Shown piece by piece: positions 39,801-49,812 of a stretch of 64,000 bases of DNA. The stretch is from positions 32,001-96,000 of the forward strand of contig CAXXUA010000011.1 of the NCBI GenBank assembly GCA_963663765.2. The letters run 5' to 3'. The notes below the pieces were generated by a model. The model was given only the letters and a program-made list of their open reading frames with translations. It was not told the origin of the DNA and did no database searches. The stretch comes from Candidatus Poribacteria bacterium (lineage in GTDB: Bacteria > Poribacteria > WGA-4E > WGA-3G). The position numbers and the translations under genes were made by a program. Each line of letters begins with the position of its first letter. The first letter of the stretch is position 1.

Positions 39801-42536
39801 ATGGAAAAAGACGACGTTCAATTGATTCAACAGATTTTGGTAGGTGATGAATCTGCTTTTGGTGATTTAGTCCAAAAACATCAAAAAAGTGTGCATGCAG
39901 TTGCATGGCGTGAAATTGGGGATTTTCATTTCGCTGAAGAAATTACGCAAGATGTCTTTCTTCAGGTCTACAAAAAATTACCTACGTTAAAAGACCAGAA
40001 CCTTTTTTCTGGTTGGCTCTATGTCATCACGAAAAGGCAGTGTATTGCATGGAAACGAAAGAACAAACAATCAATACGATCAGTGGATACCATGAATCAA
40101 GAAAGATTGGATGATACAGCCTATTCGCAGTATGTTTCAGAACAGCGAGAGGACGCAGCATCTGAATACCGTTATCAAATAGTGCAAAATTTACTGGAAA
40201 AACTTCCTGAGATTGAACGGACAGTCATGGTACTTCACTACCTTGGAGAAATGACGTGTGAGGCAATCGGTAAGTTCTTAGGTGTGTCACCGAACACAGT
40301 TAAAAGTCGTTTGAGTCGTGCGCGAAAACGTTTGAGGGAGGAGGATGCTATTTTACGCGAAACGCTTGGGAGTGTTTCACTATCTCCGAATCTGACACAG
40401 AATATCTTGGAAAAAATCAGAAACATTGAACAGACACCCCCTTCTGATAGTAAACCGCTGTTGCCTTTAGGGGCATTAGGATCTTCTATAGTCTTAATTG
40501 TTTTTCTTTTAGGAATGAGTAATCAATTCTTGACTCAATATCAGTTACCTTATAGTCTTGATGCACAATCAGAAACAACCATAGAAATTGTTGAAGCACC
40601 GATTATAACTGAAATTAAATCTACATCTGATGAACAAAAAAGAGTTGGTAGCAACACTTCACCTGGGAACAGTAGTAACAATGGTTTCCAAAAAGGAAAT
40701 AAAGAAATGCAGAACAATCTTCACCAAGATTCAACAAAATGGAAATTACCCGATGGAGCAAAAGCACGGTTAGGAAAGGGACACATATTTGATATGGCAT
40801 ATTCCCCTGATGGCAAACTGCTTGCTGCTGGAGGTACGATCGGAATTTGGTTATACGATGCAAACACAGGAAAAGAACTTAACCTGTTTGTGGAAAACAT
40901 GGAAAGTTCCGGAACTATCGCTTTCAGTCCGGACAGTCAACTTCTTGCTTCTAATGGTAGTGATAACGCTATCTTATTATGGAATCCCTTTACTGGAGAG
41001 CATAAGGCAACTCTAAAGGGGCATCAAGATAGTGTTAATTCCGTTGTGTTTAGTCCTGATGGTAAAACAATCGCGAGTGGAAGTGATGATGAGACAATTC
41101 GGTTTTGGAATGTTGCATCTGGGGAACTCCTACGAACCTTTGCTGGGCATGGGGGTGGTGTTTCTGAAGTCATCTATTCCCCAGATGGAAAAGTCCTTAT
41201 CAGTTATGGAAGTGATAAGATGATACACTTATGGAATGCTCAATCAGGAGAATTCATGCATACCCTTAACGGACATAAAGGCAGTATTTCTGAAATTTTA
41301 TTCTCTTATGACGGTAAGTATTTTGCAAGTGGTGGTGGGGATGGGAGAATACGGTTGTGGGAACTACATACAAGTCACGAGAAACCAACTTTAGAAATAG
41401 AAGCCACTTCAGCACTCCACGGTTTTCGTACAATAACATTCAGTCCAACTGATAGTATACTTGTCTGTTCAAATTACGGAGATGATGAAATTCAGTTTTG
41501 GGATGTAGAGACAGGTAAATTGCTCAAAACCATTGATAGTCCAGAGGATACAACCTATCATCTTGCATTGTCGCCAGATGGAAAGACACTTGTGAATGCA
41601 GGGGGTGACGGAACAATCCTGTTCTGGGATGTTGCTACTTCTAAATCTAAACTTACCCTAACTGGATATGCTGAGATGTTTAGGGATATGGCTTATTCAC
41701 CTGATGGTAGTACCCTTGTTACTGTAAGTAGCGGTCCGAGTCTTCGGTTATGGGACACCAACAGTGGCAAGCTAAAAAAGACTTACTATCCGGGTACGGT
41801 AAACATCACTTGTATTACTTTTGCACCGGATGGTGTGACACTTGCGTGTGGTCCTGGTCCATACGAATACGACACAGTATTTCTACTTAACACTGAAACG
41901 GGTGAATTTGGACGTATCTTCCAAGGTGACTATGAAGGTTTTGAATCAGTAGCATTTAGTTCTGATGGGAAGACGCTTGCAAGTGGCGATGACAATGGTA
42001 ACATCTATTTGTGGGATGTTGAAACGGGTGAAAAAGTAAGAATAATTGAATGGGAACAAGATATTGTCAGAACGGTGGAATTTTCACCAGATGGTGAAAC
42101 CCTTGTCAGTACCAATGATTCAAAAGTCTGTTTTTGGGATATAAACACTGGCAAGTCGGTAAAAACAATTACTGCGACTTCAATTGTTATCTCACCAGGA
42201 TGGGATAAGTTTGTATGTGTTAATTGGGTAAAGGGTGGTACTACGCAGTTTTGGAATATGGGGGATGACGAACCAGTTAAGACCATCACACCGGAAGAAA
42301 GAACCTATTTTCAGGAGTATTCACCAGATGGAAAAACAATTGTGGGTACCGGTCCCAGAGAAACTATATCATTTTGGGATGCTAATACTCATGAGGTATT
42401 GCATACGATTTCTGATGAACATAAAAAAAGTTCAAGGTACGAGCGTACTTATTTTGTTAGGTATTCACCGGATGGACGCACCATTGCAACCGCAGGATGG
42501 GACAGCACTGTGCTGTTATGGGATGCTCCACGTTAA
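39801..42536 (+). CDS. ECF sigma factor (clade A)-transmembrane-WD40 fusion
   Basis: Sigma2/sigma4 motifs, TM LGALGSSIVLIVFLLGM, WD40 repeats. Confidence 0.9.
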   Translation: MEKDDVQLIQQILVGDESAFGDLVQKHQKSVHAVAWREIGDFHFAEEITQDVFLQVYKKLPTLKDQNLFSGWLYVITKRQCIAWKRKNKQSIRSVDTMNQERLDDTAYSQYVSEQREDAASEYRYQIVQNLLEKLPEIERTVMVLHYLGEMTCEAIGKFLGVSPNTVKSRLSRARKRLREEDAILRETLGSVSLSPNLTQNILEKIRNIEQTPPSDSKPLLPLGALGSSIVLIVFLLGMSNQFLTQYQLPYSLDAQSETTIEIVEAPIITEIKSTSDEQKRVGSNTSPGNSSNNGFQKGNKEMQNNLHQDSTKWKLPDGAKARLGKGHIFDMAYSPDGKLLAAGGTIGIWLYDANTGKELNLFVENMESSGTIAFSPDSQLLASNGSDNAILLWNPFTGEHKATLKGHQDSVNSVVFSPDGKTIASGSDDETIRFWNVASGELLRTFAGHGGGVSEVIYSPDGKVLISYGSDKMIHLWNAQSGEFMHTLNGHKGSISEILFSYDGKYFASGGGDGRIRLWELHTSHEKPTLEIEATSALHGFRTITFSPTDSILVCSNYGDDEIQFWDVETGKLLKTIDSPEDTTYHLALSPDGKTLVNAGGDGTILFWDVATSKSKLTLTGYAEMFRDMAYSPDGSTLVTVSSGPSLRLWDTNSGKLKKTYYPGTVNITCITFAPDGVTLACGPGPYEYDTVFLLNTETGEFGRIFQGDYEGFESVAFSSDGKTLASGDDNGNIYLWDVETGEKVRIIEWEQDIVRTVEFSPDGETLVSTNDSKVCFWDINTGKSVKTITATSIVISPGWDKFVCVNWVKGGTTQFWNMGDDEPVKTITPEERTYFQEYSPDGKTIVGTGPRETISFWDANTHEVLHTISDEHKKSSRYERTYFVRYSPDGRTIATAGWDSTVLLWDAPR

Positions 42537-42589
42537 TTTTATATATATAAACTCTAAGGCAACACAAATCCTAAGGAACCCACAATCAG

Positions 42590-44554
42590 ATGAAAATAAC
42601 AAATCTCTTGTTAAATGAATTACCACTGCTTTCTATTGTACTCTTTTTCACTTTTTACTCCATAGCAGCATTTGCTCAAATTCATAATCAATTAGGATTA
42701 CCAGAGGGAGCAAAAGCGCGTCTGGGAAAGGGCGGAATAAAGCATATAAAGTATTCTCCTGATGGCAAGTATTTTGCAGTCGCAACGTCCATAGGTATCT
42801 GGCTGTATGATGTTAATACATTACAAGCAGTTGACCTACTTACAGGTCATGATGCGCCTGTTACATCAATTGCATTTAGTATAGATGGACAAACGTTAGC
42901 GTCAAGTTGTGCGGACAATATTATCATCATCTGGAACACAGAAACACGTAAAATCAAAGCGAAAAATGTTGAATTTGATAAAGGCAAAAAAGACATAAAT
43001 TTATTAACTTTTTGTCCTTCGGGTGATATAGTAGCATGTATTAGTAGATCATGGTTCATTGAATTATTGAATGCACATACTGGAAAACTTATTAAGACAA
43101 TTAAAGATTCAAGAAATACAGATATAAACGCAATGGCATTTTCAACTGAAGACAATATGCTTATTACTGTTGGGTTTTGCGAAAGAAACACATCGTGTAT
43201 TGAATATTGGGATACAGGTGCAGGTGAACTGATTAGAGATATATTGATAGAAACAAATATTACTGATGCCGCGTTTTCTCCAGACAACAAAATACTTGCT
43301 GTCACTGGGAATAATTCGCACCCTCTCCAATTTTGGGATGTGAAGACAGGAAAGCATCTCAAAAATGCCGAGAAAAGTGATGTGGATTATGAGTATATTG
43401 CATTTTCTCACGATGGAAGTAGACTCGTAACAGGTGGTTCTTGGGAGTATGTAAGTCTTTGGGATGTAGACACGGTTGAAGAATTATACAACGTGGCGCA
43501 TGGTGAACCGATTAATTCTGTGGCATACTCACCAGATGGCGGGACAATAGCATGTGGTATTGACGATGGCACAATCCAGATATGGGATACTTCTACGGGA
43601 AAACTCCAAAACACTATCAAAGGACACTTAGATTTATCAATTTTCTCAATGGCTTTTTCACCTGATGGCAATAAGCTTGCGTGTGGTGCAGATTCCAAAG
43701 TCCTATTTTGGAATCCACACACCTACGAACATCTAAAAACCACAAAGGAGCCACGTTGTAAAGTCGTTGATATAGAATATTCTCCTGATGGTAATATTTT
43801 TGCTACAGTAGGTACTTCAATGAAAGCACGTTTGTGGGATAGACAAACGGGAAGGTTCCTTGGAAGTTTTATCGGAAATCATGAGAAGTATTTTTATAGT
43901 GCTTATAGAGATAAAGAAAAATTCACTTCTGTATCTTTCTCACCTGATGGTAACACACTTGCGACTGGTGATACAGACAATGAGGTTTGTTTATGGGCAA
44001 TACGCACAGGAGAACAATATCTAATTGGGGAACAACTTGCAACCTTTACAGAGCATACAGAGACTGTGACCTCCGTTGCGTTTTCACCAGATAGAAAAAC
44101 ATTGGCAAGTGGCAGCCTTGACAAGACAATTCGTTTGTGGGATGTGAAGGCGCGTAAACACCTCAAAGCAATCTCTGGACATGAAAAAGGGGTGAACGTA
44201 TTAGCCTTTTCACCAGATGGTAAAATACTTGCAAGTGGCAGTGAAGATGGTACTATACGATTATTGAAAATAGATGATTATGAAATCTTGTATGCACCAA
44301 TAGAAAATGTTGGGAATGTCAATGCTATAGCATTCTCTTCTGATGGAAAGATTCTAACAAGCATAAATAGTGATAGCAAATATATCAACTTTTGGAATGT
44401 GCAGACAGGTAAACTGATGCATACCTTTTCTGGACACACAAAAATCATCAATGCTATAGTATATTCACCAGATGGAGAAACACTTGCGAGTGTTAGTTCT
44501 GATGGTACTGTTCTTTTGTGGGATCTCAGAAAATTGATAAGTGATAACAGGTGA
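42590..44554 (+). CDS. WD40 repeat protein with predicted signal peptide
   Basis: Hydrophobic N-terminus ending AAFA-Q; LPEGAKARLGKG leader; FSPDG repeats. Confidence 0.88.
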   Translation: MKITNLLLNELPLLSIVLFFTFYSIAAFAQIHNQLGLPEGAKARLGKGGIKHIKYSPDGKYFAVATSIGIWLYDVNTLQAVDLLTGHDAPVTSIAFSIDGQTLASSCADNIIIIWNTETRKIKAKNVEFDKGKKDINLLTFCPSGDIVACISRSWFIELLNAHTGKLIKTIKDSRNTDINAMAFSTEDNMLITVGFCERNTSCIEYWDTGAGELIRDILIETNITDAAFSPDNKILAVTGNNSHPLQFWDVKTGKHLKNAEKSDVDYEYIAFSHDGSRLVTGGSWEYVSLWDVDTVEELYNVAHGEPINSVAYSPDGGTIACGIDDGTIQIWDTSTGKLQNTIKGHLDLSIFSMAFSPDGNKLACGADSKVLFWNPHTYEHLKTTKEPRCKVVDIEYSPDGNIFATVGTSMKARLWDRQTGRFLGSFIGNHEKYFYSAYRDKEKFTSVSFSPDGNTLATGDTDNEVCLWAIRTGEQYLIGEQLATFTEHTETVTSVAFSPDRKTLASGSLDKTIRLWDVKARKHLKAISGHEKGVNVLAFSPDGKILASGSEDGTIRLLKIDDYEILYAPIENVGNVNAIAFSSDGKILTSINSDSKYINFWNVQTGKLMHTFSGHTKIINAIVYSPDGETLASVSSDGTVLLWDLRKLISDNR

Positions 44555-44858
44555 ATTTGGACTGTAAGGGTGTGTCCAGTATGTGTTACTTGTCTGAACC
44601 AAGATTTTCAGGATTTACAGATTTTCAGGATTTACCCCATCAAGGGTTTTTGATATGCTTTATGCTCTCTTTTGGAATAGGATTGGATAAGAAAAATCTT
44701 GATAATCTGCTAATCCCGGGGAATGCCAAAAGGCATTCATACCGTTGATTTCTTGATTTCTTGATTTGAAAATCCTGGTTCAAACAAAGAAAAAACATGA
44801 CACATCAATACAAAATACATCTATTAGACAACATCAGACAGGTAATTTTTCATTTTTT

Positions 44859-44886
44859 TAAACCCTCACCTTATATCCCTTTCTCT
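44859..44886 (+). promoter_or_regulatory. Putative ECF promoter, class B (TAAACC-N17-TCTCT)
   Basis: Same boxes as 13848/19992 with a diverged spacer. Confidence 0.6.
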
Positions 44887-44922
44887 TTATATTAAAACCT
44901 AATTGATTTTTTGTAGATTTCT

Positions 44923-47481
44923 ATGGATATGGAAAATCTAAACGATCTTACAGATATAGAACTTATTCAGCGCGTCCAAAACCGTGATGAAGCCGCATTT
45001 GCGGAACTCATGTCCCGTTGGACGCCACGGATTTGGCGTATCGTTGTCTCAAAATCAAGGCAACATCGGGATGCGGAAGAAATTCATACTGATGTCTGGA
45101 TGGCTGTGTGGGAAAATATAGGGGGTCTCCGTAATATAGATAGTTTTGGTGCATGGCTGCGACGCATTGCATATAACGCTTGTAAGAGATATTATTCTTC
45201 TCATCGCCGCTCACGAGACGAAATCCCACAGAGCGATGCAGATTTAGTGGAACATATTGACCAAGATGCACCTGCACGTTATCAGGAAGCACAATTACGC
45301 GCAGATGCCAGAGAAGCGGTGAATCATCTTCCGCATCGGGTACGTCCTATAGCGATATTGTACTATCTTGAATCATGGAGTGTCAAAGACATTGCACACA
45401 AACTTAACTTAGCTATAGGCACAGTCAAGACAAGATTAAGAGAAGTCCGTTCACTTCTGCGGAAGGAGTTTGCTGTTGAACCTCAACAAGGAGATATTAT
45501 GTCGTTAGAATCCGTTGGATCACAAAATCTTGCGAATTATATTGAAAACTATCTACCGAAAGGCGCAATAACACGGTTCGGAAAAGGTTGTGTATTTGGT
45601 TTAGCATATTCGCCAGATGGCACCAGACTTGCTTTAGCAAGCACAATAGGTGTCTGGATGATCGATGTAGCAACCGGTGAGGAAATCAATCTGTTAACTG
45701 GACATACTGGTCATTTAACTGGACATACTTATTATGTCGAATACGTTGTTTTCAGTCCTGATGGTAAAACACTTGCAAGTCTAAGTAAAGGATACCAAGG
45801 CGATGATGTTATTCGTTTATGGGATGCTGCAACTGGTGATTTTATAGCGGTACTAACAGAGGATACATATCTTGTTGTATTTAGTCCTGATGGTAAAACG
45901 CTGGCAAGCGGCGGTGGTGGAGTAATTCATTTATGGGATGGTGCCACATTCGAACTAAAAACAACTCTCATAGGACACACACCACCAGTCAAAACGTTAA
46001 CGTTCAATCCAGATGGCAGCACACTCGCAAGCGGTGGTATTGATGAGGTAATCCGTTTATGGGATGTTACCACTGGTGAACTACAGTTAACATTTGCAGG
46101 ACACGCAAATTCTGTCGATTTTCTGAAGTATTCTCCAGATGGAAAGGTGCTTGTCAGTCAAGGTGGGGATAACAATGTTTGTTTATGGAATGCACGGACT
46201 GGTGAATTTTTGCGCATACTTACTACAGAAGACCCTTCTTGGCACGGTCTGAATATTGACTTTTCAAAAGATGGGAAAACTCTTGTGAGTGTGAATTCCG
46301 ATGAAAATGTCCGATTGTGGAACCCACATACCGGTGAGCAACTAAAAACAATAAAACAAGATAGAGAGCTTGAGGTAGTGCAGTATTCTCCAGATGGTAG
46401 AATATTTGCATGTAGTGAGTGTTATGGAGAAGCAACAGTCCAACTATTTGATGCTGCCACGGGAGAGCCATTACATTTTCTTAAAATGCCTGAACATGCA
46501 GAATGGGTTACTGATTTTCAATTTTCTCCAGATAGGCAGACACTTGCCGTTAAAACAGCGGAAGAAATATATTTCTGGGATGTGAATACTGGTGAACTTG
46601 AAAAGACAATCACCGGATATTCTGATGTAGTAAGTAGTGTAACATATTCTCCTGGTGGGAGAACATTAGCGAGCTTAGACAATTTCGTCCGTATTTGGGA
46701 CTTAGACACGCAGAAACTCGTAAAAACACTTTCCCCTAAAACACTTTCTGTAAAAGGATCAATAAGGGCAATCGCGTATTCTCCTAATGGGGAGATACTC
46801 GCTTGTGGAACTATGGATAAAACGATAGTACTATGGGATGTCCACAAGTGGAAAAAAAGAGGTGTACTCAAAGGACATACAGATGGCGTATCCTCGATAA
46901 CCTTTAGTCCAGATGGACAAACACTCGCTAGTGGCTGCTGGAACGGGACGATCCGATTGTGGAATGCTCACACAGGAGAAAACTTAAAAACCTTTGATAG
47001 GCATGCATCAAGTGTTCGCACAGTTTTATTTTCACCTAATGGACAGATCTTAGCCAGTATTGAAGAAGATGAAACAATTCGTTTTAGGAATGTTGCAACG
47101 GGGAAGCTTGTGAATGCTATAAAAATGGAAACAGATGTTGATGTCTGTTCTATAGATTTTTCTCCTGATGGGACAACCTTTGTTACCGCAGACGACAGAA
47201 CGAAAATCAATTTTTGGGATGTGGTAACTGCGGATCCAAAACCTATGACACACTTAGAAGCAAAAGGTTATTATGCTGTCCTTTCACCAGATGGGAATAC
47301 ACTTGCATGTGCTGATGTTGGGGATGAAATATTATTGTGGGATGTTGTCACAGGAAAACTTCTGAAAACTTTAAAAGGGCATATAAGTGGTATTAATTCT
47401 ATAGTCTTTTCTTCAGATGGTAAATCACTCGCGAGTTGCTGTAGGGACAGCACAGTAATTTTATGGGATTTAACGACGTAG
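44923..47481 (+). CDS. ECF sigma factor (clade B)-WD40 repeat fusion, soluble
   Basis: LTDIELIQRVQNRDEAAFAELMSRWTP, FGAWLRRIAYNAC, AIGTVKTRL; FSPDG-type repeats; no TM. Confidence 0.9.
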   Translation: MDMENLNDLTDIELIQRVQNRDEAAFAELMSRWTPRIWRIVVSKSRQHRDAEEIHTDVWMAVWENIGGLRNIDSFGAWLRRIAYNACKRYYSSHRRSRDEIPQSDADLVEHIDQDAPARYQEAQLRADAREAVNHLPHRVRPIAILYYLESWSVKDIAHKLNLAIGTVKTRLREVRSLLRKEFAVEPQQGDIMSLESVGSQNLANYIENYLPKGAITRFGKGCVFGLAYSPDGTRLALASTIGVWMIDVATGEEINLLTGHTGHLTGHTYYVEYVVFSPDGKTLASLSKGYQGDDVIRLWDAATGDFIAVLTEDTYLVVFSPDGKTLASGGGGVIHLWDGATFELKTTLIGHTPPVKTLTFNPDGSTLASGGIDEVIRLWDVTTGELQLTFAGHANSVDFLKYSPDGKVLVSQGGDNNVCLWNARTGEFLRILTTEDPSWHGLNIDFSKDGKTLVSVNSDENVRLWNPHTGEQLKTIKQDRELEVVQYSPDGRIFACSECYGEATVQLFDAATGEPLHFLKMPEHAEWVTDFQFSPDRQTLAVKTAEEIYFWDVNTGELEKTITGYSDVVSSVTYSPGGRTLASLDNFVRIWDLDTQKLVKTLSPKTLSVKGSIRAIAYSPNGEILACGTMDKTIVLWDVHKWKKRGVLKGHTDGVSSITFSPDGQTLASGCWNGTIRLWNAHTGENLKTFDRHASSVRTVLFSPNGQILASIEEDETIRFRNVATGKLVNAIKMETDVDVCSIDFSPDGTTFVTADDRTKINFWDVVTADPKPMTHLEAKGYYAVLSPDGNTLACADVGDEILLWDVVTGKLLKTLKGHISGINSIVFSSDGKSLASCCRDSTVILWDLTT

Positions 47482-47514
47482 GAATCATACATCAAGAATA
47501 GAGATAAGGAAGAC

Positions 47515-49428
47515 ATGAACATGCAAAAACCGCAACTTTCCACACAGTGGAGGCTTCCCCCAGGTGCCAAGAAACGTATCGGAAAAGGAGGGATAAATGA
47601 GATTAAGTACTTTCCGGATGGCACACGACTCGCTGTTGCCGGCACAATAGGGGTCTGGATTTATGATGTGCAAACCTGCAAACCCCTTGAACTGATTACT
47701 GGACATACTGGTCCAGTCAATTCATTAGTATTCAGTCCAGATGGTGGAACGTTTGCAACCGCGAGTGATGATAAGACTACACGTTTGTGGGATACCATTA
47801 CAGGTGAGAACAAAGCAAGTTTCGTAGGACATAAGGACGTTGTAAACTCCGTCGCCTTCAGTCCAGATGGCGAATTGCTTGCCACTGCAAGTGACGACAA
47901 AACGATTGGTATCTGGAATTTGCACACGGGAGAACAGATAGCAAAGCTTGAGGGGCATACGGAGAAAGTTTTTTCAGCAGTGTTTTCGCCAGATGGTACT
48001 GTGCTTGCCAGTAGTGAGGCTTGGGGTGGAAAAGGCGGAATTTGGGTTTGGGATGCAAACACCTACGAATTCCTAAAATTGTTTGAGGGAGAGACAGATT
48101 GGATAGAATATATCGTATACAGTCCTGATGGTAACATACTCATTAGTCGAGAAACTTGTGTAGAAGTTAATTTTTGGGATGCTAACACAGGTAAAAAACT
48201 GAAATCGTGTGAAGCAGAAAGTTGGATGAGTGATTTTTCCCCCATTACATTTACTTCTGATGGAAACTCATTCGCTACTGGAATACATGGCGGTGATGTC
48301 TGTCTTTGGGATATTGACACTGGAAGATTGTTGAAAAAGTTTGAACTTGAGGAAGATTTAGATTCTTTGCCCTCTTCTGTAGCATTTTCACCCGATGGTG
48401 AAACAATTGCTTGTGCAAGTGAGGATGGAACGATTCGGTTTTGGGACGTATACACCGCTAAAATTTCAAGAGTGATTATGGAACATACACCTCATCACTC
48501 TTCTACGCAAAAAACAGAGGGGACACATCCACCATCTCAACGAACCTTTTCTGTTGCGTATTCTCCAAATGGCAGGACTCTCGCAAGTTGCTATGGGAAC
48601 GAAATTCATTTTAGGAATCCAGATACAGGAGAAATCCAAACAACTATCACAGGACCGCGTGAAAACGTCCGTTCAGTCATGTATTCATCAGATGGAAAAA
48701 TACTTGCAAGTGCTGAGGATACAACAAAAGCTCGATTATGGGATACTCAAAACGGAAGATTCCTTGGTTCCTTCGTTGGGCATAAGGAAAGTATATCTGC
48801 AGTGGCGTTTTCTCCAGACGGTCGCATGTTTGCCACTGGTAGTCATGACAACACAATCTGTTTATGGGAAGTCCGTAAAGGTGAACTGTATCTTATTGGC
48901 GATTTGTTATTGACACTGGCAGGACACACTGATAAAGTTACCGATGTGACCTTCTCGCCAGATGGAGATACTTTTGCTTCAAGCAGTGATGATAGCACAG
49001 TCCGATTATGGGATGTCAAAACTGGAAATCCGAGGAAAACACTTATTGGACACACTGCAAGAGTCCACGCAGTGGAATACTCACCAAATGGTAGTGTCCT
49101 TGCCAGCGGAGGATGTGATGGAACGGTCCACCTCTGGAACAGTCAGACCGGTGAACTCAGACAGACTCTCAACACACATAAACAATGCGTATATTCAGTG
49201 GCATTTTCTCTAAATGGTAAGATTATTTCTTGTGGAACGAATGGTATAATGTACTTATGGAACATGCAAACAGGAGAATTGCTACATACCTATAGTGGAC
49301 ATACGGATGTGATTGATAGTATCGCATATTCACCGGATGGTAAGACACTCGCGAGTGCAAGTAGAGACGGCACTGTGCTGTTGTGGGGTTTAGTCGCTTT
49401 GGACAAAGAAGGCGAGACACTGGTATGA
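47515..49428 (+). CDS. WD40 repeat protein (no sigma domain, no signal peptide)
   Basis: WRLPPGAKKRIGKG leader; many GH..V.S..FSPDG...WD repeats. Confidence 0.9.
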   Translation: MNMQKPQLSTQWRLPPGAKKRIGKGGINEIKYFPDGTRLAVAGTIGVWIYDVQTCKPLELITGHTGPVNSLVFSPDGGTFATASDDKTTRLWDTITGENKASFVGHKDVVNSVAFSPDGELLATASDDKTIGIWNLHTGEQIAKLEGHTEKVFSAVFSPDGTVLASSEAWGGKGGIWVWDANTYEFLKLFEGETDWIEYIVYSPDGNILISRETCVEVNFWDANTGKKLKSCEAESWMSDFSPITFTSDGNSFATGIHGGDVCLWDIDTGRLLKKFELEEDLDSLPSSVAFSPDGETIACASEDGTIRFWDVYTAKISRVIMEHTPHHSSTQKTEGTHPPSQRTFSVAYSPNGRTLASCYGNEIHFRNPDTGEIQTTITGPRENVRSVMYSSDGKILASAEDTTKARLWDTQNGRFLGSFVGHKESISAVAFSPDGRMFATGSHDNTICLWEVRKGELYLIGDLLLTLAGHTDKVTDVTFSPDGDTFASSSDDSTVRLWDVKTGNPRKTLIGHTARVHAVEYSPNGSVLASGGCDGTVHLWNSQTGELRQTLNTHKQCVYSVAFSLNGKIISCGTNGIMYLWNMQTGELLHTYSGHTDVIDSIAYSPDGKTLASASRDGTVLLWGLVALDKEGETLV

Positions 49429-49812
49429 ATACCTTATGAAGATTTATTTATTAAACGACTGATTAAATATATCTCTCCATAAACGTCAATTTAAGAAGAT
49501 ATTGTTGGCATTTTCTGTTATGGGAGGGTTTTCAACCCCGATTTTTCTCATTTCCTCTCAAATCGGGGTTGAAAACCCCTCCTACAAGAGAAACGACAAC
49601 AATATCTTCTTAAGGACTTATACAGTTTTCATGATCCATTTATGAGATATTCTTTACACACCCACGATTTTCCACCTATTTTGATGATATTTGTTCTAAA
49701 TCGAGGTTAGAAACTTCTCCTACCATTTATGAGATAGTTTGTACATACCAAATTATTTGCTTGCATTTTTTGTATTTTATGTTTATAGTTAAGCGGGAGG
49801 TTAATATAGGGT

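Noticed and set aside
33762-49428. Many antisense ORFs up to 184 aa over the WD40 genes
   Set aside because: Shadow ORFs from repetitive WD40 codon patterns; no independent evidence.
13900-49428. Diversity-generating retroelement as the source of variation
   Set aside because: No reverse transcriptase in the window; the near-identical segments lie within coding genes and I saw no adenine-specific pattern by eye.
13900-49428. NLR/STAND (NACHT-WD40) defence system
   Set aside because: No P-loop NTPase, TIR or caspase domain in any WD40 protein; the N-termini are sigma domains.
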